Positions 28,186-38,154 are shown, numbered from the stretch's first letter. The stretch: 64,000 bases of DNA from an uncultured Acidobacteriota bacterium (GCA_963739275.1 CAVTZX010000044.1:1646-65645); one strand, 5' to 3'. The notes: a model not told the origin generated them from the sequence alone. Numbers and translations are program-made.

Positions 28186-28857
28186 TCACTCCCTTTCCGG
28201 TTTGCCGGGTTCCGATCCTTCGCGGTGAAGCACTTCGATCTTCAGCCTGGAGCGCGCTTCTTCGAGCCATTGCGCAGCGCGCTTGCTGATCTCTTGCTGT
28301 ACGAGCAACTCGCGAATCTGCTCGCGAACCGCCTCGACCGGCAGCGGCGGTTGGCCGTGCTCCTTCAGCGCAGGCAGGAACTCATCGCGATAGTATTTTT
28401 CGATGGCTTCGCTCTCCACTTGAGCCGCCGGACGGAATTTGTACTCGAGATAGCGCGAAAGATAGAGCTGCTCGGCGAGCATCTCCCGCACACTGGACGC
28501 GGAAAGCCCCAACTCGCTCAGGCGCGCCTCGAACGCTCCCGGCGGCGCAAAATGCTTCTTCAATTCGGCCAGCGCACGCTCCGCGTCCGCCTCGCTGGGA
28601 CGCGGGAAGATGGCTGCGGCGGCTTCAGTCTTCACAATCCATTGCTCGATTCGTTCCGTCAGCAGTTTGTCCGGTGCCTCGGCGCGGCCGTTGACGAGTT
28701 GCTGGTAGAGGCCGAGTTCGCGGACCTCGCTTTGGAAGATAACGTCGTCCTCGATGCGGGCCGCGATACGGTCGACGACGGTTTGCGCGGGGAGAGCGGG
28801 GGCGCAGAAAAGGGCCAGCGCCGCCAGCACGAGCCGGATTGTCATCGTGCGGACCAT
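28186..28857 (-). CDS. SurA N-terminal-domain-like periplasmic chaperone (no PPIase domain)
   Basis: Signal peptide, then TVVDRIAARIEDDVIFQSEVRE.... ATGA overlap with the bamA stop. The longer ORF to 29355 lies inside bamA. Confidence 0.65.
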   Translation of the reverse strand: MVRTMTIRLVLAALALFCAPALPAQTVVDRIAARIEDDVIFQSEVRELGLYQQLVNGRAEAPDKLLTERIEQWIVKTEAAAAIFPRPSEADAERALAELKKHFAPPGAFEARLSELGLSASSVREMLAEQLYLSRYLEYKFRPAAQVESEAIEKYYRDEFLPALKEHGQPPLPVEAVREQIRELLVQQEISKRAAQWLEEARSRLKIEVLHREGSEPGKPERE

Positions 28858-31832
28858 CAGAAGATCGACCCCAGGTTGAAAAAGAACTGAAACCGCGGCA
28901 GCCGCGCCGTCTGCGTGACGTTCGATGAATTCACGAACGAGAACTGCGCCGGATTCAATTGATAGGCAAAGTCCACGCGCACCGGGCCGATGGGTGTGGC
29001 GTAGCGGATGCCGAATCCGATCGTGTGCGAAAAATAAGCCAGGTCGCCGGAGTTCACGGAGAAGGACGTGGGCGCCCAACGCAGCGTGACGCGGCTCACG
29101 GAACTGAAAACGTTTCCGGCGTCGTAGAAGATCGCGCCGCCCACCTTGCTGCCCAGCTTCGGCAGGCGCATGGGGAAGCGCAATTCCTGATTGAAGACCA
29201 ACATGCTCAAGCCGCCGATGGGGAAACCGGTTTGCGGGTCGCGGGGGCCGGCCTGGTTGAGGCCGAAGCCACGCAGAGAGTTTCCGCCGCCGGCAAAAAA
29301 CCGCTCCGGCAGCGGTATATCTGCGGCGAGGGTGCTTCCGAAGGGTTTCTGCCATCCGAAGCGGACCGACCGCGCGAAAACCACTCGGCGGCCGATGGGA
29401 TGGTAGGATGAATTCTGCGCGAAGAAACGCACGAAGTTCGCGCTGGATCCGAGCCCTTTCCCCGCCACGTTGAGGTCGACGTTGTTGAAGTCGCCGCGGG
29501 TCGCGTCGGCGGGATTATCGCGGCGCTCCCGGAACCACGTTGCCCCCAACTCCGAGACCAAGGTGGGCTGGCTGAACAGCGGAATCTGTTGCGGCGTGAT
29601 GTGCAGCGAATTCGGGTCCACGGCCACCTTGCGAAACGTGTAGCGGTACAGCAACGTGGTGACCAGCGAAACGCGCTGCGTTAGTTGCAGCGAACCTTCA
29701 TAGCGCGTGGAGGTAAACGTATTGACGTCTCGCGTTTTGTCCGCAAATCCCGTGAGCTGGAAACTGAGTCGCGGGTTGCCGAGATAATTCTGTGCGGTGT
29801 AGCTCAGCAGGGTACGGTACTGGAATCGGCTGGCACGCGCTTTGAAGGCCAGCGTGTCCGCGCGGCCGGTCAGGTTGGCCTTGCTAATCTCAAAAATCCC
29901 GCGCGGGCTGGCCTGGAAGACGCCGCTGGCTGGATTGGCGCCGCCGATTCGCTGCACCTCGAAGCCACCGCCGTAGCCGATCGTGTACCGCTTGGCTTCT
30001 TCCACGAGCACGATCATTGCTTTGTCCGGGTCCGTTCCGGATGGATTCTGCGGCGCGATGGAAACACGCGAGAATATGCCCAGATTGTAGAGCCGGCGTT
30101 GCGTCTCGACCACCTCCCCCTCGCGCAAGGGCCCCCCTGCCTTCATCTCGATCTCGCGCCCGATTACGCCCGGGCGCGTGTTCTCATACCCGCCAACGAG
30201 CAATCGGCTGACACGCACCGGCTGGCCTTCGGTGATGCGATAGATGAGTCGCACGCGCGGGGACGCCGCGCCGGACTTGGTCATTTCGGGGGGAAGGGGT
30301 TCGACTGCGGAAGAGAAGAGCGCCTCGGGAAAGCCTTCGTTGTAATACAGCGCCAGGATGTTGTCGCGGTCCGTGGAGACGCTGAAATCGGAATACGGCT
30401 GGCCGGGTGTTGATCCGATGACGCTGGCCAGGTTCTCGTTGTCCAGCGCCTGATTGCCCTCGATCTTCAAGTCTCCCACGAGTGTCTGCACTCCCTCGTC
30501 GATATGAAACCTTACGAAGAGCTCGCCCTTCTTCCCCCGGTAATCTTCCAGGAGTTCCGGCTGGACTTTCACCGAGGCAAATCCGTTGGCGTCATAGAGC
30601 GTGCGGATCGAGCTCACATCGTCGTTGAGCAACCTCTGGCTGAAGCGCCCGGGGCTGGCGAACGCAGCGGGTTGCAGAGCAAGTCGCGCGCGAAGAAGGT
30701 CGCTGCCGAAGTAACGGTTGCCGTCGAACGAAACCCCCTCGAGGCGCCGCCGCGAGCCACGGTCCACGTGATAGGTGATCACCTGCACGGGGGGCTTCGG
30801 GTCTTTCGCGTCCGCGAGAGGCGAGGTGAGCGTGTAGTCCACCTGGGCATCGAAATACCCCAAACGCTCCAAGTAATCGCGGAGATTGCGGCGGCCTTCT
30901 TGAAGCAGGTCGGCGTCGACCGAGCCTTCTTCGTAGACCGGCACGATCCGGCGGAGATCCTTCGCGGGAATTTTCGCGCCGGCGACCTCGACGTGCACTT
31001 CCGGACCGGCGATCACCTCGAAATCGAGCGGCACGCGATTGGACTTCGGATCGTAGTCACCACGATGGATCACCACGCGCGCGCCGAGGTGTCCCTTTTT
31101 CACCAGAAACTTCCGCGTGCGCTCCGTGGCGCGGTTCAGCAGCGCGGAGGTGAGTTCCTGGTCCGGCTTCAACCTGGAACGGCCGAGCAACTCTTCCTTC
31201 GAGAAGCGTGATTGATTGCCGACGGTGATCGCGCCGAGATGCGCGCGCGCGCCGGGCGCGACGTGCACGGTGACATCCATCTGCCGCGTGTCCGGATGTG
31301 GGGCAAGCTCGTAGCCAAGTTGCGCCTCGTACAATCCTTCTTCCCGCAGTGCTAAGCGCAGCCGCTCAAGGGCTGCCTTCAACTCCACGCCGCGGAACGC
31401 CTCGCCAAGCTGCAGGCGCATCGAAGCCACGGCGAGGTTCTCACCCGGCGGCTCGCGAAGGCCCGTCACGTGCACTTCGTTCACGTAAAGATTGCTTCTC
31501 ACGATGAAGTCCACTCGCAGGCCGCCCGGGACGCTCGCGGCCTCTGCGCGCAAGTCGGCGTAGTTGCCGGTGTGATCGAGCCAGCGCAGACAAGCCCGCA
31601 CGGCAGCAGCGCTATAGGGCTGGCCGGGCTGGAGTGGCAAAGCGGCTGGGTTCGTGGCGGTGATGGCGCCGGATTCCGTCACAATGCGGATCGCCGCGAC
31701 GCGCTGGCCTTCAAGTGCCGCGAGGGTATCCGCAGGGGCGGCGGGCTCTTGCGCGCACACGAATCCGGCAGGGCTGAGGGAAGCTGCGCAAAGAGCCAGC
31801 CGCAAAGCGGCGCGGAGACGATTCGCAATCAT
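28857..31832 (-). CDS. bamA: outer membrane protein assembly factor BamA (Omp85 family, long POTRA region)
   Basis: 991 aa. Signal peptide, repeated POTRA-like segments, and a C-terminal Omp85 barrel ending ...RFQFFFNLGSIF. Confidence 0.9.
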   Translation of the reverse strand: MIANRLRAALRLALCAASLSPAGFVCAQEPAAPADTLAALEGQRVAAIRIVTESGAITATNPAALPLQPGQPYSAAAVRACLRWLDHTGNYADLRAEAASVPGGLRVDFIVRSNLYVNEVHVTGLREPPGENLAVASMRLQLGEAFRGVELKAALERLRLALREEGLYEAQLGYELAPHPDTRQMDVTVHVAPGARAHLGAITVGNQSRFSKEELLGRSRLKPDQELTSALLNRATERTRKFLVKKGHLGARVVIHRGDYDPKSNRVPLDFEVIAGPEVHVEVAGAKIPAKDLRRIVPVYEEGSVDADLLQEGRRNLRDYLERLGYFDAQVDYTLTSPLADAKDPKPPVQVITYHVDRGSRRRLEGVSFDGNRYFGSDLLRARLALQPAAFASPGRFSQRLLNDDVSSIRTLYDANGFASVKVQPELLEDYRGKKGELFVRFHIDEGVQTLVGDLKIEGNQALDNENLASVIGSTPGQPYSDFSVSTDRDNILALYYNEGFPEALFSSAVEPLPPEMTKSGAASPRVRLIYRITEGQPVRVSRLLVGGYENTRPGVIGREIEMKAGGPLREGEVVETQRRLYNLGIFSRVSIAPQNPSGTDPDKAMIVLVEEAKRYTIGYGGGFEVQRIGGANPASGVFQASPRGIFEISKANLTGRADTLAFKARASRFQYRTLLSYTAQNYLGNPRLSFQLTGFADKTRDVNTFTSTRYEGSLQLTQRVSLVTTLLYRYTFRKVAVDPNSLHITPQQIPLFSQPTLVSELGATWFRERRDNPADATRGDFNNVDLNVAGKGLGSSANFVRFFAQNSSYHPIGRRVVFARSVRFGWQKPFGSTLAADIPLPERFFAGGGNSLRGFGLNQAGPRDPQTGFPIGGLSMLVFNQELRFPMRLPKLGSKVGGAIFYDAGNVFSSVSRVTLRWAPTSFSVNSGDLAYFSHTIGFGIRYATPIGPVRVDFAYQLNPAQFSFVNSSNVTQTARLPRFQFFFNLGSIF

Positions 31833-31969
31833 CGCTCACATTAAGAAGAAAGGTTAGCACAGGCGCGTTGCCCGCCCGCGAAGAAACAGCGGTATCATGA
31901 ATCGCGGTTGTCCGTTGAGTGACCTGTGCCGGCGCGGATGCGCACACGGCCAACCCTAGCCGAGATCGC

Positions 31970-32989
31970 ATGGATCCCGCACTCCTCGAGAAATACTCGC
32001 GGCAGATTCTTTTTTCTGAGATCGGCGAGGCCGGTCAGCAACGCCTGCTCGACGCGCGCGCGGTGCTGGTCGGATGCGGCGCGCTGGGAACGGCCGTGGC
32101 CGGGCTGCTTGTTCGCGCGGGGTTGGGAGCGCTTCGCATCATTGACCGGGATTTCGTCGAGGCCTCCAATCTGCAGCGCCAGACGCTCTTCGACGAATCC
32201 GACGCGCGCGAAGCCTTGCCGAAGGCCGTGGCGGCGGAGCGGAAGCTTCACGCCATCAACTCAGGCGTGCGCGTCGAAGGCGTCGTCGCCGATCTCAGTC
32301 CGGACAACGCCGAGGAGTTGCTCTCCGGCTTCCCAGTGATCCTCGACGGCACGGACAACTTCGAAACGCGGTTTTTGGTGAACGACGTCGCCGTGAAGTT
32401 GGGCATCCCCTGGATTTACGCCGCCGCGGTATCCAGTTGCGGTGTGACGATGACCATCCGGCCCGGCGTGACGCCGTGTCTTGCGTGCCTGCTCGAAGAC
32501 CGCCCTGGCCTGGGCGCGGAGGAAACTTGCGACACCGTGGGAGTGCTCGGCGCGGCGCCCCAGGCCGTGGCCGCGATCCAGTCCGCTGAAGCCATGAAAA
32601 TGTTCCTGGGCAAAGATTCCGCCCTGCACGGCCGGCTGATTGCACTGGACGTTTGGACCGGCCGCTTCCAGGCCATCGGCGTGGCGCGCAATCCTGATTG
32701 CCGCGCCTGCGCGCGCCGTGAGTTCGTCTACCTCGCCGGCGAGGCGCAGCCGCACGTCACCCTGTGCGGCCGCGATTCCGTGCAAATCCACGAGCGGCGC
32801 CGCCAGATTGATCTCGCCGCGCTTGCCCGGCGCTTGGGTGCCGCGGACGTTCGTCACAATGATTTTCTGCTGCGCTTCCGCGTGCCGCCGTACGAAATGA
32901 CCGTATTCGCCGACGGCCGCGCCATCATCAAGGGAACGCGCGATCCCGCAGTAGCGCGGTCGCTCTATTCCCGTTACATCGGGTCTTGA
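31970..32989 (+). CDS. thiF: ThiF/MoeB-family adenylyltransferase (Bacillus ThiF-type with C-terminal domain)
   Basis: YSRQILF..IG..GQ..L, VGCGALGTA, DRDFVEASNLQRQ, CLAC/CRAC cysteine pairs, and a C-terminal ...FADGRAIIKGTRDPAVARSLYSRYIG. Confidence 0.8.
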   Translation: MDPALLEKYSRQILFSEIGEAGQQRLLDARAVLVGCGALGTAVAGLLVRAGLGALRIIDRDFVEASNLQRQTLFDESDAREALPKAVAAERKLHAINSGVRVEGVVADLSPDNAEELLSGFPVILDGTDNFETRFLVNDVAVKLGIPWIYAAAVSSCGVTMTIRPGVTPCLACLLEDRPGLGAEETCDTVGVLGAAPQAVAAIQSAEAMKMFLGKDSALHGRLIALDVWTGRFQAIGVARNPDCRACARREFVYLAGEAQPHVTLCGRDSVQIHERRRQIDLAALARRLGAADVRHNDFLLRFRVPPYEMTVFADGRAIIKGTRDPAVARSLYSRYIGS

Positions 32990-33023
32990 ATCGCGAGAAG
33001 CGCTCTCTCTGGAGGAAGCTGCG

Positions 33024-33953
33024 ATGCGACGATGGTTGCCTGCCCTGTTCTTTTGGCTTTGCGCAGCGATGGTCACTCCCGCTGTTCGTGCGCAGACGCC
33101 CGCATCATCTGAAACCGCGCCTCTCGCGGCAGAGCTGCACTCCCGCGTTGCCCGGCAACTTGCCCGCATTGCCGCCGAGTTCGACGGCGTAATGGGCATC
33201 GCCGCGCGCGACCTCACGACCGGCGACCGTTTTGAAGTCAATGCAGACAGCGTCTTCCCGCAGGGCAGTTCGATCAAGATCGCCATCCTCCTGGAACTCC
33301 TGCGACAGCAGCAGGCGGGCACTCTGCGGCTGGAAGAGCGCCTCGAGCCGAAGCGAAGCCAGGCCGTCGGTGGCTCGGGAGTGTTGCAGCACTTCGGCGA
33401 CTCCACTTCCTCGATTTCTCTGCGCGATTTGGCCGTGCTGATGATCGTGCTCTCCGACAACACAGCCACCAACATCCTGATCGACCGCGTGGGCATGGAC
33501 AACGTGAACAAGAATCTCGACCGGCTGGGACTGCCGCATACCCGTCTGCAACGCAGGATGCTGGAGACGGAAGCGCAGCGCGCAGGCCGCGAAAATCTCT
33601 CCTCGCCACGCGAGATGATCCAGCTTCTCGCGCTCGTCTATCAAGGCAAAGCGCTCGACGCCGGGCACACGGCCACTGCGCTCGAGATTCTGCGGCATCT
33701 CAAGGACACGCCGCTGCGCCGCGGACTGCCCGCGGGCGTCGCGCTGGCGGACAAGCCCGGAAGCCTCGACGGCGTGCGATGCGATTCGGGAATTGTGATG
33801 CTGGCGGGCCACCCCTACGCCATTTCGGTGATGACCACGTTTGGCCAGGACGCGGAGGCCGCCGAGCGCGCCATCGGTGAAGTATCGCGCCAACTCTTCG
33901 AGTACTTTCAACGCATCGCGCGGTCCAACGCACTGGGCGTGCGCGTGCCGTGA
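33024..33953 (+). CDS. class A beta-lactamase-related serine hydrolase
   Basis: GGAGGAAG RBS and a signal peptide. SxxK (GSSIK), SDN (LSDNTATN) and a KTG-like triad variant (DKPGS). Confidence 0.75.
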   Translation: MRRWLPALFFWLCAAMVTPAVRAQTPASSETAPLAAELHSRVARQLARIAAEFDGVMGIAARDLTTGDRFEVNADSVFPQGSSIKIAILLELLRQQQAGTLRLEERLEPKRSQAVGGSGVLQHFGDSTSSISLRDLAVLMIVLSDNTATNILIDRVGMDNVNKNLDRLGLPHTRLQRRMLETEAQRAGRENLSSPREMIQLLALVYQGKALDAGHTATALEILRHLKDTPLRRGLPAGVALADKPGSLDGVRCDSGIVMLAGHPYAISVMTTFGQDAEAAERAIGEVSRQLFEYFQRIARSNALGVRVP

Positions 33954-33966
33954 ATGAAGCCGAAGG

Positions 33967-34467
33967 CTAGAGCTCGCAGCTTCGCTTGGGGTGGAGGCGC
34001 GTGAGTTTCTTGCCCGCGGAAAAGAGCGCATCCGGACTTAGTGTTTTTTCGATCCGCGGAAAAATCACGTCCTCTTCCAGGCGCACGTGGTCGTGAAGCA
34101 TCTTGCCAAGGACGCCGATTCGTTCACCAAGTTCTGATTCCGCCTCATCGGGATTGCTGGCCAGGAGGCTCGTCAGCTCTTGCACGCGCGATCGAATTTC
34201 CGCGTGGTCCGCAAGCATGCGCATGACCTCGGGATCCCGGTCGAGGCGGACGCACCGCGCATACGCGGGTAGCAACACCTCTTCTTCCTCGCGAAAGTGT
34301 TCCCGGCCGGTTTTCTCCCAGAAGCGGAGGAATTTCTGCGCCGCTGTGCGCACGGCCGCCGATCGCTTCGCCTCAGGGCCTTCCGCCGCCCGGCGCATCT
34401 CCAGCGCCTGAATCAATGCGAAATGATGGTGCTGGCTGAGTGGGTGCAGCGCGGGATCGCGTTTCAC
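33967..34467 (-). CDS. hemerythrin (HHE cation-binding) domain protein
   Basis: Spaced H/E ligand pattern: LSQHHH, EHFREEEEVLLP, DHAEIR, HDHVRLEEDVIFP. Confidence 0.75.
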   Translation of the reverse strand: MKRDPALHPLSQHHHFALIQALEMRRAAEGPEAKRSAAVRTAAQKFLRFWEKTGREHFREEEEVLLPAYARCVRLDRDPEVMRMLADHAEIRSRVQELTSLLASNPDEAESELGERIGVLGKMLHDHVRLEEDVIFPRIEKTLSPDALFSAGKKLTRLHPKRSCEL

Positions 34468-34564
34468 GGCGGGCTCCGCTCGTCCTCGAGCGAGAATCGT
34501 AGCACGCTTACTGCGCGATCTGGGCAGACGCGGCAGAGGAGGGGCAAAAACTCCTCGCCTGATC

Positions 34565-34966
34565 TCAGCGATCGTAACGGCGCGTGGGGGGCTGGCGGAG
34601 CGCGGCGCGGTCCAAGTTTTCCCGCAGGTTCATGAGCGTGAGAAAGGTATTGAGAACCCGCGCCTTCGTCTCATCGGTCAGGTGCATGCCGCTGGTGGCC
34701 ACGCGGGCCAGATGACCTCCCTGCACTCCGATGAATTCGATGATTTCGAGCTGGCGCTCGCGCGGGGCCATGCCCAGAGCGGTTTCGCGGCGCATGGCCG
34801 CGCATTGTTCTTCCACATTCAGAGTGAAATGCAGGACACAAAGGTTTTCGTTTTCCAGTGCGGCGGGCACTGTGGCCTTGCATCCGACGGCGCTACAGGT
34901 ATTCGGCACGAAGGTTTCGTTGGAGCTCCTCCTCGATAAGTAACACCTCGCCGCGGCGATTTCCAC
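34565..34966 (-). CDS. hypothetical protein
   Basis: 133-aa ORF with Cys/His near the N-terminus (CSAVGC...CVLH). No family recognised. Start uncertain. Confidence 0.4.
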   Translation of the reverse strand: MEIAAARCYLSRRSSNETFVPNTCSAVGCKATVPAALENENLCVLHFTLNVEEQCAAMRRETALGMAPRERQLEIIEFIGVQGGHLARVATSGMHLTDETKARVLNTFLTLMNLRENLDRAALRQPPTRRYDR

Positions 34967-35033
34967 TGCCTCCTACGCGTGCGCTGCCAATCCGGCATGA
35001 GCCCGGCCGGGAACGCCGCCGATGGCCACACCG

Positions 35034-36335
35034 CTAGATGACCGCGAGCGCAGCCTCCAAGTCGGAAATGATGTCGTGCCAGTCCTCCAGGCCCAGGGAG
35101 AGGCGTATGCCTCCGGGCCGGAGCCCGCTCTTGGCTTTTTCTTCCGGCGGGACGCTCGCGTGGGTCATCGAAAACGGGTTCTCGATCAGCGTTTTGATCT
35201 GGCCCAGGCTCACGGCGAGCGTAATCGTATAGCTATGCTCCGCGACATAATCCACGAAGCCCTCCGCCGCGGTCGCGGCGTCACCCTCGGCGCCGCAGAG
35301 TTCGAAGTACAACATGCTGCCCGGAGCGAACTTGCCGTCATAGCTCACCATCTGACGCTTCGCCAGCTCGCTTTGGGGAAAACACGGCAAGCCGGGATAG
35401 ACAACATGCGCCACCTTGGCCTGTTTGAGCAGGAACTCCGCGACCTTCTGCGCCGTCTTCTGCTGGTTCACCATGCGGGTCGCGAGCGTCGGCAGACCGT
35501 ATACCAGAGTGGACCACGCGCTCTTGGGTGAGAGGACGCCGCCGAAGTCTTTCCGGTAAAGCATCAGCAGGTTGTAGAAATCCTTCGGGCCGATCACGAC
35601 GCCACCCGTGTCCGTGCCGAACCCCCCGATGTCTTTGGTCAGGCTATGGACCACCAAGTCGGCCCCGAGCCCGAGCGGCCGCTGGCAGTAGGGCGTCGCG
35701 AACGTGTTATCCACGACGATGCGGATGCGCTCCACTTCGGGCCGCCCCTGGTTGAGGCGGTCCACCACGCGGCGCACCGCGGCAATGTCAATCAACTCCA
35801 TCGTAGGGTTCACAGGTGTCTCAAAGTAAACGACGCGGCAATCCTTGGTGGCCGCCCGGGCGATGGATTCCGGGTGCGTCATGTCGCAGAAGGACGTCGA
35901 GATGCCGTTGCGGGGAAGCCAGTTGGTCACCAGGCTGAAGGTGCAGCCGTAGATCGCACGATGCGCGACGATCTGCTGACCCTGCGACACCAACACGCAC
36001 AGCGCCGCGCTGATCGCCGCCATTCCCGTGGCGAACGTCACCGCGACTTCTCCGTTCTCGGCCACGGCGAGGTTTTCCTCGAGCATGCCGCGGGTCGGTT
36101 CGTCCAGGCGGTCGTAGATGTAGATGGGGGCGCGCCGCGCAGTTTCTGTGCCGAACTCGACAAATCCTTCCGCCCCGCGGTGCACCGACTTCAGACGGAA
36201 CGTTGCCGAGCTGGATTGCGGCGGAACCACATGATGGTCGTAGTCCCACCTTCCAGTGGCAAAGCTTCCGTGAATCAGCCGCGTGCGCAGGCGGTATTCT
36301 TCGCGAGGTTTCTTCGGTTCGCGTTTAGTTCCCAT
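35034..36335 (-). CDS. Cys/Met-metabolism PLP-dependent enzyme (O-acetylhomoserine sulfhydrylase / methionine gamma-lyase family)
   Basis: 433 aa. TRLIHG..., YDRLDEPT, ATGMAAISAAL and HSLTKDIGG (PLP lysine) are typical of the trans-sulfuration family. Confidence 0.85.
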   Translation of the reverse strand: MGTKREPKKPREEYRLRTRLIHGSFATGRWDYDHHVVPPQSSSATFRLKSVHRGAEGFVEFGTETARRAPIYIYDRLDEPTRGMLEENLAVAENGEVAVTFATGMAAISAALCVLVSQGQQIVAHRAIYGCTFSLVTNWLPRNGISTSFCDMTHPESIARAATKDCRVVYFETPVNPTMELIDIAAVRRVVDRLNQGRPEVERIRIVVDNTFATPYCQRPLGLGADLVVHSLTKDIGGFGTDTGGVVIGPKDFYNLLMLYRKDFGGVLSPKSAWSTLVYGLPTLATRMVNQQKTAQKVAEFLLKQAKVAHVVYPGLPCFPQSELAKRQMVSYDGKFAPGSMLYFELCGAEGDAATAAEGFVDYVAEHSYTITLAVSLGQIKTLIENPFSMTHASVPPEEKAKSGLRPGGIRLSLGLEDWHDIISDLEAALAVI

Positions 36336-36376
36336 GAGGGTTCTCCTTGGATTCGTTCAACCCCGCGAGAGGCGCT

Positions 36377-36511
36377 GGCGATTGCGCTCAACACAATCGC
36401 CGCACCCCGGCAAACGGGTGGGACATTCGTTGCAACGTGCGGGAGAGGTCCACGTCCGAAATGCAAGCTCCGCGGACCTGCGGGAGGCGGCAATCTCAAT
36501 GTAACACTTTC
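36377..36511 (-). promoter_or_regulatory. conserved structured 5' leader of the Cys/Met PLP gene (candidate riboswitch or attenuator, class not identified)
   Basis: A roughly 130-nt core is conserved with 39212-39339. Terminal hairpin GGCGATTG..CAATCGCC, whose loop differs between the copies. CACCCG-uuugc-CGGGGUG hairpin. GGGGUGCGGC is complementary to the upstream GCCGC(A)CC. Confidence 0.4.
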
Positions 36512-36639
36512 CATCCGGGCTTTGGAACTCGCCCGTGCCGGAAATGGCAAGCCGGTGCACAATGAGCCTCTCTTTCGCGATGCGCTGAAACAATTCCGCG
36601 GCGGCAGCGTTTTACAGAGGGGATACATCAAACGCTCTC

Positions 36640-38154
36640 ATGAGACTCATTCCACGAAGCCTCGCCGCGGCTCTCCTGCTCCTGGCCCTCGCAGGCAATG
36701 GCCATGCGCAGTCGGCGGACAAAATCCTCTCCGAGCACGTCAAGGCGTTGGGCGGTGCGAAAGCGCTGCGGGCCGTTGCCGGCGTTCGTCTGACCGGCGA
36801 GGCCAAAGACGCCGTGACCTCCAGGGTCACTCCCTTCACGTTGATTGCGAAGTCGCCCGATCTCCTGTACCTCGAGGCCGCGGGGGTGGATTCGGGATGG
36901 TGCGAGGCTTTCAACGGCCGTTCCGCCTGGAGAAAGGATTCCAGCAGCGGTCTGCGTACGCTGACGGGCTCCGAGGCCGCACAATTCAAGGCCACCGCCT
37001 TCTACTGGAACGATCACTTTCTGAGTTACAAGAGCCAGAAGCTGCGTCCACGGCTCGAAGGCCGCGACACCCTCGACGACCGCGCCGTTTACGTGATTTC
37101 GCTCACCGACCGGACCGGCCTGCAACGCAAGTTTTTCTTCGACGCCGCCAGCTACATGTTGTTGCGGGAGCAAGAAACCGGCGGCGGAGGACAGACAGAG
37201 ACCCTCTTCGGCGACTACCGCGCAATAGACGGCGTGCAAGAGCCGCGCCGGATCTCACTCAAACTCCCGGGGCACTCGCTCGAGGTCACCGTTCGGGAAC
37301 TTACACACAACGTGGGCCCCGAGGAACAAGCCTTCGACTTCCCCCGTAGCGGCGGCGCTCTCCCAGACGTCGCCGTTCTTCTCGAGCAAGTCCAGAAGAA
37401 TCAGAAGAAGCTGGACGAGATCCGCCACAACTACACCTGCAAACTCACCCAGACCCAGACCGCGGTCGATTCCAGAGGCCGCGTGAACGAAAAGGCCGTC
37501 AACACTTACGAGCTGTTTTTCCTGGGCAATGAGGCGGTCGCAAGACAGATCAGCAAGAATGGTCAGCCGCTGAGCGAGAAAGACCAGAAGAAAGAGCAAG
37601 AGAAAGTGGACAAGGCATTTCACAAGTACGGCGAGGAACAGAAAAAGGCAGCCGCCAGCGACAAACCCCCCTCGGGCGATCCGCCCGAAGACAAAGACGA
37701 CATCACCATCCGCGATTTTCTGAACGCTTCGCATTTCTATAACCCCCGCCGCGAACGCTTTCGCGGCCGCGACGTCATCGTTTTCGACTTCGAGCCAAGA
37801 CCGAACTACAAACCGAAAAACTTCGGTGAATCCATCGTGCAGAAACTCATCGGCGCGGTGTGGATTGACGACCAGGCGCAGGAGGTGGCGCGCATCGAAG
37901 CGCGGACGAATGCCTCAATCAAGCTGGGCGGCGGCGTGTTGGCCAGCCTGAATCCCGGCGCATGGTTCGTCGAGGAACAGGCCATGGTGAACGATGAAGT
38001 GTGGCTGCCGGTCTACTCCGAGGAGCACCTTTCGGGACGCCTGCTGCTGTTCAAGAGCATCAAATCCGACTCGATTGCGCGCTTCTCGGACTACAAGAAG
38101 TTTTCCGTGGAGACCAAGATCAGCGCGCCCACGGCCATTCCTCCCCAACCCTGA
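36640..38154 (+). CDS. hypothetical secreted protein (two LolA/lipoprotein-sorting-like halves joined by a K/E-rich linker)
   Basis: 504 aa with a signal peptide (ALLLLALAGNGHA). Family assignment is tentative. Confidence 0.6.
   Translation: MRLIPRSLAAALLLLALAGNGHAQSADKILSEHVKALGGAKALRAVAGVRLTGEAKDAVTSRVTPFTLIAKSPDLLYLEAAGVDSGWCEAFNGRSAWRKDSSSGLRTLTGSEAAQFKATAFYWNDHFLSYKSQKLRPRLEGRDTLDDRAVYVISLTDRTGLQRKFFFDAASYMLLREQETGGGGQTETLFGDYRAIDGVQEPRRISLKLPGHSLEVTVRELTHNVGPEEQAFDFPRSGGALPDVAVLLEQVQKNQKKLDEIRHNYTCKLTQTQTAVDSRGRVNEKAVNTYELFFLGNEAVARQISKNGQPLSEKDQKKEQEKVDKAFHKYGEEQKKAAASDKPPSGDPPEDKDDITIRDFLNASHFYNPRRERFRGRDVIVFDFEPRPNYKPKNFGESIVQKLIGAVWIDDQAQEVARIEARTNASIKLGGGVLASLNPGAWFVEEQAMVNDEVWLPVYSEEHLSGRLLLFKSIKSDSIARFSDYKKFSVETKISAPTAIPPQP

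Noticed and set aside
31970-32989. ThiF-family E1-like enzyme as part of a ubiquitin-like conjugation or defence system.
   Set aside because: It is collinear with Bacillus-type ThiF, including the C-terminal ...DGRA(L/I)I(H/K)GT...Y..(W/Y)IG domain. There are no E2, JAB or Ubl-like genes adjacent; the neighbours are bamA and a beta-lactamase-like hydrolase.
36336-36575. Assignment of the PLP-gene leader to SAM-I, SAM-II or SAM-IV riboswitch classes.
   Set aside because: The diagnostic conserved nucleotides of those classes could not be located by eye. I kept it only as an unclassified candidate cis-regulatory RNA.
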